Shown here: positions 26,525 to 37,830 of the stretch, in pieces
Layout: every line of letters begins with the position of its first letter
Position numbering within the stretch: position 1 is the first letter of the stretch
NCBI RefSeq assembly: GCF_056746865.1
Contig: NZ_CM163382.1
Reading direction: 5' to 3' (one strand)
DNA length: 64,000 nucleotides
Translations under genes and position numbers: made by a program
Notes under the pieces: generated by a model
Database searches by the model: none
What the model saw: the letters and a program-made list of their open reading frames with translations, nothing else
What the model was told of the DNA's origin: nothing

Positions 26525-28669
26525 TTATTGCAGGTCAGTTGCAGTTGTTTTCCAAAAACTTTCCCCACGCTTGCTCATCTCGACTAAACGCTCGCAAGGG
26601 GTAAAACGGGAACCATACTGCGTGGCCAGTCGTTGCATTATTGCAACCACTTCACCCGCACCGAGAGAATCGATGTAGCGGAACGGACCACCGAGAAATG
26701 GCGGAAAACCAATGCCAAATACCGCGCCAATATCTCCGTCACGCACGCTACGGATAACCTGCTCGTCCAGACAACGTACTGCTTCATTCAGCATCAACAT
26801 CACACACCGTTCAGCTACCTGCGGTGCGGAGAGTCGCCCCTGCCCTTGTGTGCCAATCAGCGGGTAAATGGCGGGATCGACCTGTTTTTTGCTTTTACGC
26901 CCTTTCTGACCATAAAGATAGAAACCCCGGCCATTTTTTCTGCCTTTGCGATCGTCGTTCAAAATTGAAGAAACAACATTTGCAGGCGCGCTAAAACGTT
27001 CTCCATAAGCGGCTTCCAGTACAGGAATAATTTTAGTCCCGGTGTCGATTCCTACCTCATCCAAAAGTTGGATTGGGCCTACCGGAAAACCAAATTTCAC
27101 CAGCGCGGCATCAATGTGCTCTACCCGTTCACCTTCGGTCAACATGCGGATAGCTTCATTAATGTAAGGCGCTAAAATGCGATTGACGTAAAACCCGGCT
27201 TTGTCACGCACGACAATGGGCGTTTTACCCTGTTTTTTCGCCAGTTTTACTGTGGTAGCGATGGTTTGCGCCGATGTCCCCGCATGAGGAATAATCTCCA
27301 CCAGCGGCATTTTTTCCACCGGACTGAAGAAATGCAGGCCAATAACTTGCTCAGGTCGCGTAGCGTGAGCGGCGATATCACCAATCGGTAAAGATGACGT
27401 ATTCGAAGCAAAGATGGTATGAGCGGCGCAATTTTGCTCAACTTCCGCCACCATTTGTTGTTTTAATTCGAGATTTTCAAACACCGCTTCAATAATCAGA
27501 TCGCGATGGGCAAAGCCGCGATAGTCCGTCGTTCCGGAGATTAATGCCAGCTGTCTGTCACGTTCGCTGGCTTTGAGATGACGACGGCGAACTTTGCCCT
27601 CCAGCTGATCCCAACTGTACTTCAGCGCATGATTTATGCCCTGCGGGTTGATATCTTTAATTCTGACCGGAAGCCCCGCTTTACAAGCAGTGACGTAAGC
27701 AATACCGCCGCCCATCAAGCCACCACCTAAAATTCCCACGCTGTTTAATGGCGCAGGCGGCGCATCACTGCCAGGATCTTTCTTCACTTCCGTACTGGCA
27801 AAAAAGATACTACGCAGCGCCTGCGATTGCGGCGTCATCGCCAGTTCGCCAAAAGCACGGGCTTCAGCGTCATAGCCGCTACTGGTGCCCTGCGCTAATC
27901 CCGTTTCGACAACCTCCAGGATGCGTTCTGTCGCCGGATAATTGCCTTGAGTTTTGTGTTCTGTTTTCTTGCCGACCATTTTGAACAGCAGCGCACGACC
28001 TAACGGCCCCGCCAGAATACGCTCGCGTACAGGTAGAGGGCGGGAAGATGGGCGATCCTGCTTTGCCAGCTCAACAGCGGCTTCCAGTAAAATGGATTGC
28101 GGAACGACGTCATCCACCAGCCCCAGCTTTAATGCCTGTTTCGCCCGAAGTTGTTTTCCAGTGAGGATCATCTCCAATGCTGTGCTGACACCTATCAGGC
28201 GCGGTAAACGCTGGGTGCCGCCTGAACCGGGTAATAATCCAAGTTGTACTTCAGGCAAACCGAGCACCGTTTTAGGATCGTCAGTACACATGCGACCGTG
28301 GCACGCCAGCGCCAACTCCAGCCCACCGCCCAGGCAAGCGCCATGAATAGCCGCGATAACCGGAACGGGCAAAGCATGAATCTCCGCCATTAACTGTTGA
28401 CCCTGCCGCGCCAGTGCTTCCGCTTCTTGCGCCGTTTTGCAGTTGCCGATCATGTTGATGTCTGCGCCAGCAATGAAGTTGTCCGGTTTAGCGGAGACAA
28501 ACACCACGCCTCTCAACTCTTTGTTTTCACGGAGTTGCTTAATAATGGCGCGCACCTGCGAGGCAAACTCCGCCTTCAGGGTATTCATTTTCTCACCCGG
28601 TACGTCGATGGTGATAACAGCAATGTTGTCCAGACGGACATTAAGGGTAAACGCTGATGCCATTTCCAT
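26525..28669 (-). CDS. fadJ: Anaerobic fatty-acid oxidation complex alpha subunit (enoyl-CoA hydratase / 3-hydroxyacyl-CoA dehydrogenase) FadJ
   Basis: 714-aa ORF with crotonase-fold N-terminus and 3-hydroxyacyl-CoA dehydrogenase NAD-binding region; overlaps fadI stop. Confidence 0.93.
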   Translation of the reverse strand: MEMASAFTLNVRLDNIAVITIDVPGEKMNTLKAEFASQVRAIIKQLRENKELRGVVFVSAKPDNFIAGADINMIGNCKTAQEAEALARQGQQLMAEIHALPVPVIAAIHGACLGGGLELALACHGRMCTDDPKTVLGLPEVQLGLLPGSGGTQRLPRLIGVSTALEMILTGKQLRAKQALKLGLVDDVVPQSILLEAAVELAKQDRPSSRPLPVRERILAGPLGRALLFKMVGKKTEHKTQGNYPATERILEVVETGLAQGTSSGYDAEARAFGELAMTPQSQALRSIFFASTEVKKDPGSDAPPAPLNSVGILGGGLMGGGIAYVTACKAGLPVRIKDINPQGINHALKYSWDQLEGKVRRRHLKASERDRQLALISGTTDYRGFAHRDLIIEAVFENLELKQQMVAEVEQNCAAHTIFASNTSSLPIGDIAAHATRPEQVIGLHFFSPVEKMPLVEIIPHAGTSAQTIATTVKLAKKQGKTPIVVRDKAGFYVNRILAPYINEAIRMLTEGERVEHIDAALVKFGFPVGPIQLLDEVGIDTGTKIIPVLEAAYGERFSAPANVVSSILNDDRKGRKNGRGFYLYGQKGRKSKKQVDPAIYPLIGTQGQGRLSAPQVAERCVMLMLNEAVRCLDEQVIRSVRDGDIGAVFGIGFPPFLGGPFRYIDSLGAGEVVAIMQRLATQYGSRFTPCERLVEMSKRGESFWKTTATDLQ

Positions 28670-29979
28670 TATTCCGCCTCCACAACCATTGCCGCGCCAA
28701 GCCCACCCGCAGCACAGGCGGTCACTAATCCAAATCCACCGCCGCGACGCCGAAGTTCATGCAATGTCTGGGTAATCATCCGCGCGCCGGTCGCCGCGAA
28801 GGGATGCCCGTAAGCAATCGAACCGCCAAGCACGTTAAATTTGCTATCGTCCACTTCGCCAGTGGCATGTGCACGCCCCAGTACATCACGAGCAAAACGT
28901 TCGCTACCCAGCAACTGAATATTCGCCAGTGTCTGAGCTGCAAAGGCTTCGTGCATATCGATCAATGTCAGATCGCTCATTGTCAAACCGGCACGTTCCA
29001 GCGCCAGCGGCGTTGACCAGGCCGGACCGAGCAACATGTCCTGCCAGACATCTATCGCAGTAAATGCGTAACTGCGCAGATACCCCAGCGGTACCAGCCC
29101 TAATTCTTTCGCCCGGGATTCAGTCATCAGGATCACCGCTGCCGCGCCATCGGTCAGCGGCGTACTGTTTGCCGCCGTTACCGTCCCGTGTTTACGATCA
29201 AACGCCGGACGCAACTTTGCGTAATCAGCAAGCGAGGAATTACCGCGAATATTGTTGTCTTCGGCAAGCGGTTGTTTATAAGGAGGGATAAAGGCAGTCA
29301 TCACCTCTTCTTTGAGTTTACCATCTGACCACGCCTGAGCGGCTCGCTGATGCGAACGGTGCGCTAATGCATCTTGCTGTTCGCGAGTAATACCGTAGGT
29401 TTTCGCCATTTGTTCAGCGGTGTCGCCCATCCGCAAGCCAGTAGAGTATTCCGCCACTGCCGGAGGCACCGGCATTAAGTCGCGCAAACGCAGGCGAGAG
29501 AAGAGTTTCAGGCGCTGGCTCATGGTTCGAGCTTTGTTGACATCAACCAGCACGCGCGCCAGTTTTTTACTGACGCCAATTGGCAATACGGAAGAGGAAT
29601 CGGCCCCACCGGCAATCCCCGCGCGAATAGTTCCCGCCATCAGGCTTTCTGCGACGTTTGCAATCGCCTGGAAACTGGTAGCGCAAGCGCGGCTGACGCT
29701 GTAAGCATCGGTATGCACATTCATTCCGGTGCCGAGAACAATTTCACGCGCAATGTTGGGGGCTTCCGGCATTTGTACGACCTGACCAAAGACCAGTTGT
29801 TCAATCACTTCGGCGGGGATCTCGCTGCGTGCCAGCAATTCGCCTACCACCATCTTCCCTAAATCAACCGCGGGAATGCCATGAAAAGCCGTCGCCTGGC
29901 GGGCAAAAGGCGTACGTAAACCGCTAACAATGGCGATACGATCGCCCTGGCGGGTAACCAGCGGTAAAACCTGACCCAT
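28669..29979 (-). CDS. fadI: 3-ketoacyl-CoA thiolase FadI
   Basis: 436-aa thiolase-family ORF (active-site Cys region, C-terminal [13 protein letters not shown]). Confidence 0.93.
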
Positions 29980-30005
29980 AACACTCCCCTGTAAAAAAAG
30001 ATATA

Positions 30006-30024
30006 AAGTGGTCTGACCTGATCA
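30006..30024. promoter_or_regulatory. Candidate FadR operator upstream of fadIJ
   Basis: AAGTGGTCTGACCTGATCA resembles the FadR box (ANCTGGTCNGACCTNNT) about 30 bp upstream of the fadI start. Confidence 0.5.
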
Positions 30025-30159
30025 TAGTCTTAACCATTTTTTTACATTTAGCCAAGCGGAGAAAAAGGAAAGTGGGAGCTATGACACAGAGAGAAAAGTA
30101 GAAGAGAAAATAAAACGCCCCCGCCAACAACTGACAGGGGCGTACGTACCCGAGAGGAA

Positions 30160-30444
30160 TTAACGCAGACCCAGCTGGAAGATCAGCATTTCAGCTTCGC
30201 AGGCAAAAGTGAAATCGATATCCAGGCGCACACCGTCAGACTCTTCAGTGAAAGTCGGGGTGATTTTGCACGGTTCGGATTCCACGCTACGGGCTTTTTC
30301 AGTCAGCGCCGCCAGCGTTTGTTCTGCTTCTGCGCGGTTTGCAAACACGCGGCTGTAAGACGCGGTGCAGTCGGAGTTGTCCATAATGGTGCCAACATCC
30401 ATACAGCAGCAAACCGGGGTTTCATCAGCACTACATTTACTCAT
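30160..30444 (-). CDS. yfcZ: Uncharacterized protein YfcZ (UPF0381)
   Basis: ORF contains MSKCSADETPVCCCMDVGTIMDNSDCTASYSRVF; 94 aa from ATG at 30444. Confidence 0.85.
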   Translation of the reverse strand: MSKCSADETPVCCCMDVGTIMDNSDCTASYSRVFANRAEAEQTLAALTEKARSVESEPCKITPTFTEESDGVRLDIDFTFACEAEMLIFQLGLR

Positions 30445-30689
30445 CGTTGATTTCCTCTGTATGTGCACCCAAGGTGCCAGATAAACGTTGTGGATATTTT
30501 ACGCTTCCGGAAAGTGCTGCTCCAGTTGTTAATTCTGCAAAATCGGATAAGTGACCGAAATCACACTTAAAAATGATCTAAAACAAAATTCACCCGAATC
30601 CATGAGTGCGCCACCTCCAAATTTTGCCAGCTGGATCGCGTTTCTTAGATCATATTTGAAAAAAGATAGAAACATACTTGCAACATTCC

Positions 30690-30730
30690 AGCTGGTCCGA
30701 CCTATACTCTCGCCACTGGTCTGATTTCTA
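30690..30730. promoter_or_regulatory. Two candidate FadR operators in the fadL promoter
   Basis: AGCTGGTCCGACCTATACT (30690-30708) and CACTGGTCTGATTTCTA (30714-30730), both matching the FadR box core TGGTCNGA, ~90-120 bp upstream of fadL ATG. Confidence 0.6.
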
Positions 30731-30815
30731 AGATGTACCTCAGACCCTACACTTCGCGCTCCTGTTACAGCACGTAACATAGTTTGTATAAAAATAAATC
30801 ATTGAGGTTATGGTC

Positions 30816-32156
30816 ATGAGCCAGAAAACCCTGTTTACAAAGTCTGCTCTCGCAGTCGCAGTGGCACTTATCTCCACCCAGGCCTGGTCGGCAGGCTTTC
30901 AGTTAAACGAATTTTCTTCCTCTGGCCTGGGCCGGGCTTATTCAGGGGAAGGTGCAATTGCCGATGATGCAGGTAACGTTAGCCGTAACCCCGCATTGAT
31001 TACCATGTTTGACCGCCCGACATTTTCTGCGGGTGCGGTTTATATTGACCCGGATGTAAATATCAGCGGAACGTCTCCATCTGGTCGTAGCCTGAAAGCC
31101 GATAACATCGCGCCTACGGCATGGGTTCCGAACATGCACTTTGTTGCACCGATTAACGACCAATTTGGTTGGGGCGCTTCTATTACCTCTAACTATGGCC
31201 TGGCAACAGAGTTTAACGATACTTATGCAGGCGGCTCTGTCGGGGGTACAACCGACCTTGAAACCATGAACCTGAACTTAAGCGGTGCGTATCGCTTAAA
31301 TAATGCATGGAGCTTTGGTCTTGGTTTCAACGCCGTCTACGCTCGCGCGAAGATTGAACGTTTCGCAGGCGATCTGGGGCAGCTGGTTGCCGGTCAGATC
31401 ATGCAATCTCCTGCCGGGCAGACTCCTCAAGGGCAAGCGTTGGCAGCTACCGCCAACGGTATCGACAGTAATACCAAAATCGCTCATCTGAACGGTAACC
31501 AGTGGGGCTTTGGCTGGAACGCCGGTATCCTGTATGAACTGGATAAAAATAACCGCTATGCACTGACCTACCGTTCTGAAGTGAAAATTGACTTCAAAGG
31601 TAACTACAGCAGCGATCTTAATCGTGCGTTTAATAACTACGGTTTACCAATACCTACCGCGACAGGTGGCGCAACGCAATCGGGTTATCTGACGCTGAAC
31701 CTGCCTGAAATGTGGGAAGTGTCGGGTTATAACCGTGTTGATCCGCAGTGGGCAATTCACTATAGCCTGGCTTACACCAGTTGGAGTCAGTTCCAGCAGC
31801 TAAAAGCAACCTCAACGAGTGGCGACACGCTGTTCCAGAAACATGAAGGCTTTAAAGATGCTTACCGCATCGCGTTGGGTACCACTTATTACTACGATGA
31901 TAACTGGACCTTCCGTACCGGTATCGCCTTTGATGACAGCCCAGTTCCGGCACAGAATCGTTCTATCTCCATTCCGGACCAGGACCGTTTCTGGCTGAGT
32001 GCAGGTACGACTTACGCATTTAATAAAGATGCTTCAGTCGATGTTGGTGTTTCTTATATGCACGGTCAGAGCGTGAAAATTAACGAAGGCCCATACCAGT
32101 TCGAGTCTGAAGGTAAAGCCTGGCTGTTCGGTACTAACTTTAACTACGCGTTCTGA
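30816..32156 (+). CDS. fadL: Long-chain fatty acid outer-membrane transporter FadL
   Basis: ORF contains [42 protein letters not shown]; ends ...NFNYAF (beta-barrel C-terminal Phe). Confidence 0.95.
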   Translation: MSQKTLFTKSALAVAVALISTQAWSAGFQLNEFSSSGLGRAYSGEGAIADDAGNVSRNPALITMFDRPTFSAGAVYIDPDVNISGTSPSGRSLKADNIAPTAWVPNMHFVAPINDQFGWGASITSNYGLATEFNDTYAGGSVGGTTDLETMNLNLSGAYRLNNAWSFGLGFNAVYARAKIERFAGDLGQLVAGQIMQSPAGQTPQGQALAATANGIDSNTKIAHLNGNQWGFGWNAGILYELDKNNRYALTYRSEVKIDFKGNYSSDLNRAFNNYGLPIPTATGGATQSGYLTLNLPEMWEVSGYNRVDPQWAIHYSLAYTSWSQFQQLKATSTSGDTLFQKHEGFKDAYRIALGTTYYYDDNWTFRTGIAFDDSPVPAQNRSISIPDQDRFWLSAGTTYAFNKDASVDVGVSYMHGQSVKINEGPYQFESEGKAWLFGTNFNYAF

Positions 32157-32177
32157 TAACGCGTTCGCCTGGATAAA

Positions 32178-32198
32178 GTCACCTGCTATGCAGGTGAC
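32178..32198 (+). terminator. Putative fadL terminator hairpin
   Basis: GTCACCTGC-TAT-GCAGGTGAC stem-loop 20 bp after fadL stop, followed by TTT. Confidence 0.5.
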
Positions 32199-32522
32199 TT
32201 TAACTCCCACACTTCAACGAAAGTTGTTTCCTCATTGCTTGCCTCCTGAGTTTTGCAAACAGCCTGATGGTAGCTTGCCCTTTCAAATCATTAAGTGGTA
32301 TCCACAGACAAACCTGAAGGGAAAGGCATATTTTCAGGCGTTCTGCTCGTCTTTCTCAAAGAGTTTACTTTTCTGAATTTCCAGGATACTCAAACCACCC
32401 TGGCTATTGTGCGCTCATACACTCAAATTAAAGATAGGGTCTAAATAAATGAGCGTTTTTTGATAGTCTATTTTATTAGGTAATATATATTTGTAACAAA
32501 TCAATCAACATGGAATAAAATC

Positions 32523-33770
32523 ATGCTACCATCTATTTCAATCAACAATACCAGCGCAGCTTACACAGAATCCATCAATGAAAATAACAATGATGAAGTT
32601 AATAGATTAGTACAAGAGCTCAAAAACCTTTTTAATGGTAAGCAAGGAATAAGCACCTGTGTTAAACATCTACTTGCGCTTATAAAAAACGCCATACGAG
32701 GAAACGACAATCCTGATAGATTTAATATTAATAATTCCTCAGTTACTTATATTGATATTGGCTCCAATGATACAGACCACATTACTATTGGTATCGATAA
32801 CCAAGAAACAATAAAATTACTTGCGAGCTATAAAGACAAAGAACTCGTCCGTGCTATCATTAATGACAACATAGTTGAGAAGACTCATGATGATATAAAT
32901 AATGCTGACTTTACTGATGGTAGTATCGTTGTTAGTGGTAATAAGGGTGCTATTGACTCCAATGATACAGCCGATATTACTAGTGGTATCTATAATCAAG
33001 AACCAATAAAATCACCTACGAACGATGAAAACAAAAAAGTCGGCCAAACCATCATCCATGAAAATGTAGTAGAGAATACTCATGATATCAATAACAAGGA
33101 AATGATCTTCAGCGCATTAAAAGAAATATATGATGGAGATCCTGGTTTTATCTTCGATAAGATATCACAAAAACTCAGACATACGATAACGGAATTTGAT
33201 GAGAATGGGAAAAGCGAACCAACGGACTTATTTACCTGGTACGGTAAAGATAAAAAAGGCGATTCTCTCGCTATTGTAATTAAAAATAAAAACGGAAATG
33301 ATTACTTATCTCTCGGTTACTATGATCAGGACGACTACCACATTCAAAGAGGAATTCGTATTAATGGTGATAGTCTCACCCAATATTGTAGTGAAAAAGC
33401 CAGGAATGCTTCAGCGTGGTTTGAAAGCAGTAAAGCTATCATGGCAGAATCATTTGCAACAGGTTCCGATCATCAGGTTGTAAACGAGCTCAACGGGGAA
33501 AGACTGAGAGAGCCAAACGAAGTTTTTAAACGTTTAGGTCGAGCAATAAGATATAATTTTCAAGTAGACGATGCAAAATTTAGACGCGATAATGTAAAAG
33601 AAATAATTTCTACTTTAGTCGATAACGAAGTTGACCGTTCTCAAAATAAATATGACCACTTTAAGGAAATCGAAGATAAAGTTGAAAAAAGGCTTCAAAA
33701 TCGCCAGGCTAAATATCAAAATGAAATTAATCAACTATCTGCATTGGGTGTTAATTTTGATGATAATTAA
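32523..33770 (+). CDS. yfdF: Uncharacterized AT-rich protein YfdF-like, with internal ~65-aa tandem duplication
   Basis: 415-aa ORF MLPSISINNTSAAYTESINENNNDE; Asn/Asp/Lys/Ile-rich and low GC; sits between fadL and mlaA as yfdF does in E. coli. Confidence 0.7.
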   Translation: MLPSISINNTSAAYTESINENNNDEVNRLVQELKNLFNGKQGISTCVKHLLALIKNAIRGNDNPDRFNINNSSVTYIDIGSNDTDHITIGIDNQETIKLLASYKDKELVRAIINDNIVEKTHDDINNADFTDGSIVVSGNKGAIDSNDTADITSGIYNQEPIKSPTNDENKKVGQTIIHENVVENTHDINNKEMIFSALKEIYDGDPGFIFDKISQKLRHTITEFDENGKSEPTDLFTWYGKDKKGDSLAIVIKNKNGNDYLSLGYYDQDDYHIQRGIRINGDSLTQYCSEKARNASAWFESSKAIMAESFATGSDHQVVNELNGERLREPNEVFKRLGRAIRYNFQVDDAKFRRDNVKEIISTLVDNEVDRSQNKYDHFKEIEDKVEKRLQNRQAKYQNEINQLSALGVNFDDN

Positions 33771-33909
33771 AATTGTCCAGTTTTTTTGATTTTTCAACGC
33801 CTGAATATCGGAAATAGTCAGTGACGAACATCAGTATTTTTACATAATTATGTTCAGGTCATTGTCGGTTTATCTTCTTTTACTTGGGGTAATTGAGGGA
33901 TAACAACAA

Positions 33910-33942
33910 AAAAGGTGAGTTTTGTGACTCACCTTTTTTATT
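33910..33942. terminator. Bidirectional rho-independent terminator between yfdF and mlaA
   Basis: AAGGTGAGT-TTTGTG-ACTCACCTT hairpin flanked by A-run upstream and TTTTTTATTT downstream. Confidence 0.6.
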
Positions 33943-33948
33943 TGTTTC

Positions 33949-34704
33949 TTATTCAGAATCGATATCTTTTAAATCATCCTGAATCGCTTGCGCGTTCGGA
34001 TTTTCCTGCGGTTTGAGTTCGCCGCCATTAGCGATGAAATCATGACGCTGGAAGTACGCTTCGCGCACCATAATATAAGGATCGGACGACTGACGCAGCA
34101 GACCATCGGAATCCAGCAGCTGTGCGCGGGTTTCGATCCCTTCAAGCGTCCATTTACCCACAGACATCGGCCAGGTCAGCCAGGAAAGAACCGGGTAAAG
34201 ACCATCCGCCATATCACCACCGTCATCACGCAGCGTGAAGCTACCGTAGAACGGTAACTGAACGTATGGCCCATAACCCACACCATAATGACCAAGCGTA
34301 CTACCGAAGCGGTGAGGTTCAGTCCGTTGCAGTTTCGGGTTCGCCATCCCTGCAACATCAATAAAGCCGCCCATCCCCAAAATGGTGTTCAGGAAAAAGC
34401 GGGTAAAGTGGACCATCCCCTGATAAGGGTCGCCCTGCAAGAAGTAGTTAACCATCACCGCAGGTTCTTCAAGGTTGCCAGTAAAGTTGCTCAAACCGTT
34501 ACGCGCCGGTTGCGGAACATAATCACGCCAGGCGACAGCGACCGGTCGAACAATATACGGGTCTAATACATTGAAGTTGAAGTTGTACATGGTGCGGTTG
34601 AACCCTTCTAACGGGTCAGAACGCCCTTGCTGATCTGTACCGGAACTCGCACACCCCACCAGAAGCGTAGTTCCCAGAGCAAGCGCCGACAGGCGAAGCT
34701 TCAT
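33949..34704 (-). CDS. mlaA: Outer-membrane lipoprotein MlaA (VacJ)
   Basis: 251-aa ORF with lipoprotein signal MKLRLSALALGTTLLVGCAS and MlaA-family core. Confidence 0.9.
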   Translation of the reverse strand: MKLRLSALALGTTLLVGCASSGTDQQGRSDPLEGFNRTMYNFNFNVLDPYIVRPVAVAWRDYVPQPARNGLSNFTGNLEEPAVMVNYFLQGDPYQGMVHFTRFFLNTILGMGGFIDVAGMANPKLQRTEPHRFGSTLGHYGVGYGPYVQLPFYGSFTLRDDGGDMADGLYPVLSWLTWPMSVGKWTLEGIETRAQLLDSDGLLRQSSDPYIMVREAYFQRHDFIANGGELKPQENPNAQAIQDDLKDIDSE

Positions 34705-34997
34705 AAATGTCTCCCTGTTTTTTTATGGCTTATGCAGTTTGCCATCCATGACGGAACGATACCGTATCCGCCTGTTTAGGTGTGGGCGATTGTAACAGCA
34801 CGTCAACTGATGTCCAGACGCCCTGATTTGCTGATTTGATCATAGCCTGGTAATCGCCGCCCTGTAGGCTACTTGATTCTATAGAAACAGAAAAAGGCAA
34901 ACGCGGCCTTTTCTACATTTTCAGAGTAACTCCCGCCAGTTGCGAGCAAAAAAGCCGCTACGCTTTAGCTATACGTGCTAATTCAAGAGAAGAGACC

Positions 34998-35930
34998 ATG
35001 GACAACGACAAAATTGATCAACACAGCGACGAAATTGAAGTTGAGAGCGAAGAAAAAGAGCGCGGCAAAAAAATAGAAATAGATGAAGATCGACTCCCCT
35101 CCCGGGCGATGGCAATTCATGAGCATATCCGCCAGGATGGTGAAAAAGAGCTGGAACGCGACGCAATGGCACTACTGTGGTCAGCCATTGCGGCGGGTCT
35201 GTCGATGGGCGCTTCATTACTGGCAAAAGGGATATTTCATGTCGAACTGGAAGGTGTGCCGGGCAGCTTCTTGCTGGAGAATCTCGGTTATACCTTTGGT
35301 TTTATTATCGTCATTATGGCCCGCCAGCAATTATTTACCGAAAACACCGTGACTGCGGTACTACCCGTCATGCAAAAACCGACAATGAGCAACGTTGGCT
35401 TACTTATGCGGTTATGGGGCGTCGTGCTGCTGGGTAATATTCTCGGGACAGGTATTGCGGCGTGGGCATTTGAATATATGCCAATCTTCAATGAAGAAAC
35501 TCGCGATGCATTTGTCAAAATCGGCATGGATGTGATGAAGAACACCCCCAGCGAGATGTTTGCCAACGCGATCATTTCCGGCTGGCTGATCGCCACTATG
35601 GTATGGATGTTTCCTGCAGCGGGTGCGGCAAAGATTGTGGTGATTATATTGATGACCTGGCTTATTGCCCTGGGTGACACCACTCACATCGTTGTCGGTT
35701 CTGTTGAAATCCTCTATCTGGTGTTTAACGGTACGCTGCACTGGAGCGATTTCATCTGGCCCTTCGCACTACCTACTTTAGCGGGGAACATCTGCGGCGG
35801 CACCTTTATCTTCGCGTTAATGAGTCATGCACAGATTCGTAACGACATGAGCAACAAGCGCAAAGCAGAAGCACGCCAAAAAGCAGAACGTGCGGAAAAC
35901 ATTAAGAAAAATGATAAAAACCCGGCATAA
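34998..35930 (+). CDS. yfdC: Formate/nitrite transporter family inner membrane protein YfdC
   Basis: 310-aa ORF, acidic N-terminus then polytopic membrane domain; immediately upstream of argW as in E. coli. Confidence 0.85.
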   Translation: MDNDKIDQHSDEIEVESEEKERGKKIEIDEDRLPSRAMAIHEHIRQDGEKELERDAMALLWSAIAAGLSMGASLLAKGIFHVELEGVPGSFLLENLGYTFGFIIVIMARQQLFTENTVTAVLPVMQKPTMSNVGLLMRLWGVVLLGNILGTGIAAWAFEYMPIFNEETRDAFVKIGMDVMKNTPSEMFANAIISGWLIATMVWMFPAAGAAKIVVIILMTWLIALGDTTHIVVGSVEILYLVFNGTLHWSDFIWPFALPTLAGNICGGTFIFALMSHAQIRNDMSNKRKAEARQKAERAENIKKNDKNPA

Positions 35931-36005
35931 ATGGCGAGGGTTTAAGCAATCGAGCGGCAGCGTACTTACCCCGCAGTCCATTAGCGGGTATACTCATGCC
36001 GCATT

Positions 36006-36080
36006 GTCCTCTTAGTTAAATGGATATAACGAGCCCCTCCTAAGGGCTAATTGCAGGTTCGATTCCTGCAGGGGACACCA
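36006..36080 (+). tRNA. argW: tRNA-Arg (anticodon CCU)
   Basis: GTCCTCTTAGTTAAATGGATATAACGAGCCCCTCCTAAGGGCTAATTGCAGGTTCGATTCCTGCAGGGGACACCA: 75 nt, cloverleaf-compatible, CCU anticodon in the loop, 3-prime CCA. Confidence 0.9.
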
Positions 36081-36521
36081 GATACCCTTCTAACAATATC
36101 TACCTTCACCCCGTAAAAGATGGGTTTGGCAGCACACTTGCCCTATATCTACTCATTTTTACTGCAACAGGTTGAAATCTCAGCACTGTCAGAAAGCGCT
36201 GATGACTAAACAGCCCTGGGCCGGGCGATGTAACCATCATACAGAATCCTGATAGCGAAATATGGCGTGACTCGATACTTCACTCTGCAATGCGTTCCTT
36301 GATGAATTCGCAGGCCCGTGATACACGGGACAAGTCGCTGAATGACGACAATGTCCTGGAAATCAGCGAACCGCGTATCCGGAGTACATTTGAGCGACTG
36401 TACCAGAACATGAATGAGGCGTTTGGATTAGGTGATTATTAGTTGGGCTAAGCATTTTTGTATTATTATTTTCCGGTTGAGGGATATGGAGATATCGACA
36501 ACAACCGGAAAAAGTTTACGT

Positions 36522-37769
36522 CTATATTGCTGAAGGTACAGGCGTTTCCATAACTATTTGCTCGCGTTTTTTACTCAGGAAGAAAATGCCAAATAGCAAC
36601 ATCAGGCAGACAATACCCGAAATTGCGAAGAAAACTGTCTGGTAGCCTGCGTGGTCAAAGAGTATCCCAGTCGGCGTTGAAAGCAGCACAATCCCAAGCG
36701 AACTGGCAATTTGAAAACCAATCAGAAAGATCGTCGACGACAGGCGCTTATCAAAGTTTGCCACGCTGTATTTGAAGACGGATATGACACAAAGTGGAAC
36801 CTCAATGGCATGTAACAGCTTCACTAATGAAATAATCCAGGGGTTAACGAACAACGCGCAGGAAAGGATACGCAACGCCATAATCACAACACCGATAAGT
36901 AATGCATTTTTTGGCCCTACCCGATTCACAAAGAAAGGAATAATCGCCATGCACAGCGCTTCGAGTACCACCTGGAATGAGTTGAGATAACCATACAGGC
37001 GCGTTCCTACATCGTGTGATTCGAATAAACCTGCATAAAAGACAGGAAAGAGTTGTTGATCAAAAATGTTATAGAAAGACCACGTCCCCACAATAAATAT
37101 GACAAAAACCCAGAAGTTTCGATCCTTGAAAACTGCGATAAAATCCTCTTTTTTTACCCCTCCCGCATCCGCCGCTACACACTGGTGACCCTTATCTTTA
37201 AAACGCATGTTGATCATCATAAATACAGCGCCAAATAGCGAGACCAGCCAGAAGTTGATATGGGGACTGATACTAAAAAATATGCCGGCAAAGAACGCGC
37301 CAATAGCATAGCCAAAAGATCCCCAGGCGCGCGCTGTTCCATATTCGAAATGAAAATTTCGCGCCATTTTTTCAGTGAAGCTGTCAAGCAAACCACATCC
37401 CGCCAGATACCCCAGGCCAAAAAAGAGCGCCCCCAGAATTAGACCTACAGAAAAATTGCTTTGCAGTAACGGTTCATAAACGTAAATCATAAACGGTCCG
37501 GTCAAGACCAGAATGAAACTCATACACCAGATGAGCGGTTTCTTCAGACCGAGTTTATCCTGAACGATGCCGTAGAACATCATAAATAGAATGCTGGTAA
37601 ACTGGTTGACCGAATAAAGTGTACCTAATTCCGTCCCTGTTAATCCTAGATGTCCTTTCAGCCAAATAGCGTATAACGACCACCACAGCGACCAGGAAAT
37701 AAAAAAGAGAAATGAGTAACTGGATGCAAAACGATAGTACGCATTTCTGAATGGAATATTCAGTGCCAT
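36522..37769 (-). CDS. cscB: Sucrose:H+ symporter (oligosaccharide:H+ symporter family, MFS) CscB
   Basis: 415-aa 12-TM ORF MALNIPFRNAYYRFASSYSFLFFISWSLWWSLYAIWLKGHLGL, LacY-like sucrose permease. Confidence 0.88.
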   Translation of the reverse strand: MALNIPFRNAYYRFASSYSFLFFISWSLWWSLYAIWLKGHLGLTGTELGTLYSVNQFTSILFMMFYGIVQDKLGLKKPLIWCMSFILVLTGPFMIYVYEPLLQSNFSVGLILGALFFGLGYLAGCGLLDSFTEKMARNFHFEYGTARAWGSFGYAIGAFFAGIFFSISPHINFWLVSLFGAVFMMINMRFKDKGHQCVAADAGGVKKEDFIAVFKDRNFWVFVIFIVGTWSFYNIFDQQLFPVFYAGLFESHDVGTRLYGYLNSFQVVLEALCMAIIPFFVNRVGPKNALLIGVVIMALRILSCALFVNPWIISLVKLLHAIEVPLCVISVFKYSVANFDKRLSSTIFLIGFQIASSLGIVLLSTPTGILFDHAGYQTVFFAISGIVCLMLLFGIFFLSKKREQIVMETPVPSAI

Positions 37770-37830
37770 AATTACCTGCCCGTCGTTAAAAAATTCATGT
37801 CCTATTTAGAGATAAGAGCGGCCTCGCCGT

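Noticed and set aside
32523-33770. yfdF as a candidate toxin or defence gene
   Set aside because: Single gene with no partner (no antitoxin, methylase, ATPase or nuclease neighbour) and no recognisable catalytic motif; only the repeat structure and low GC are supported by sequence.
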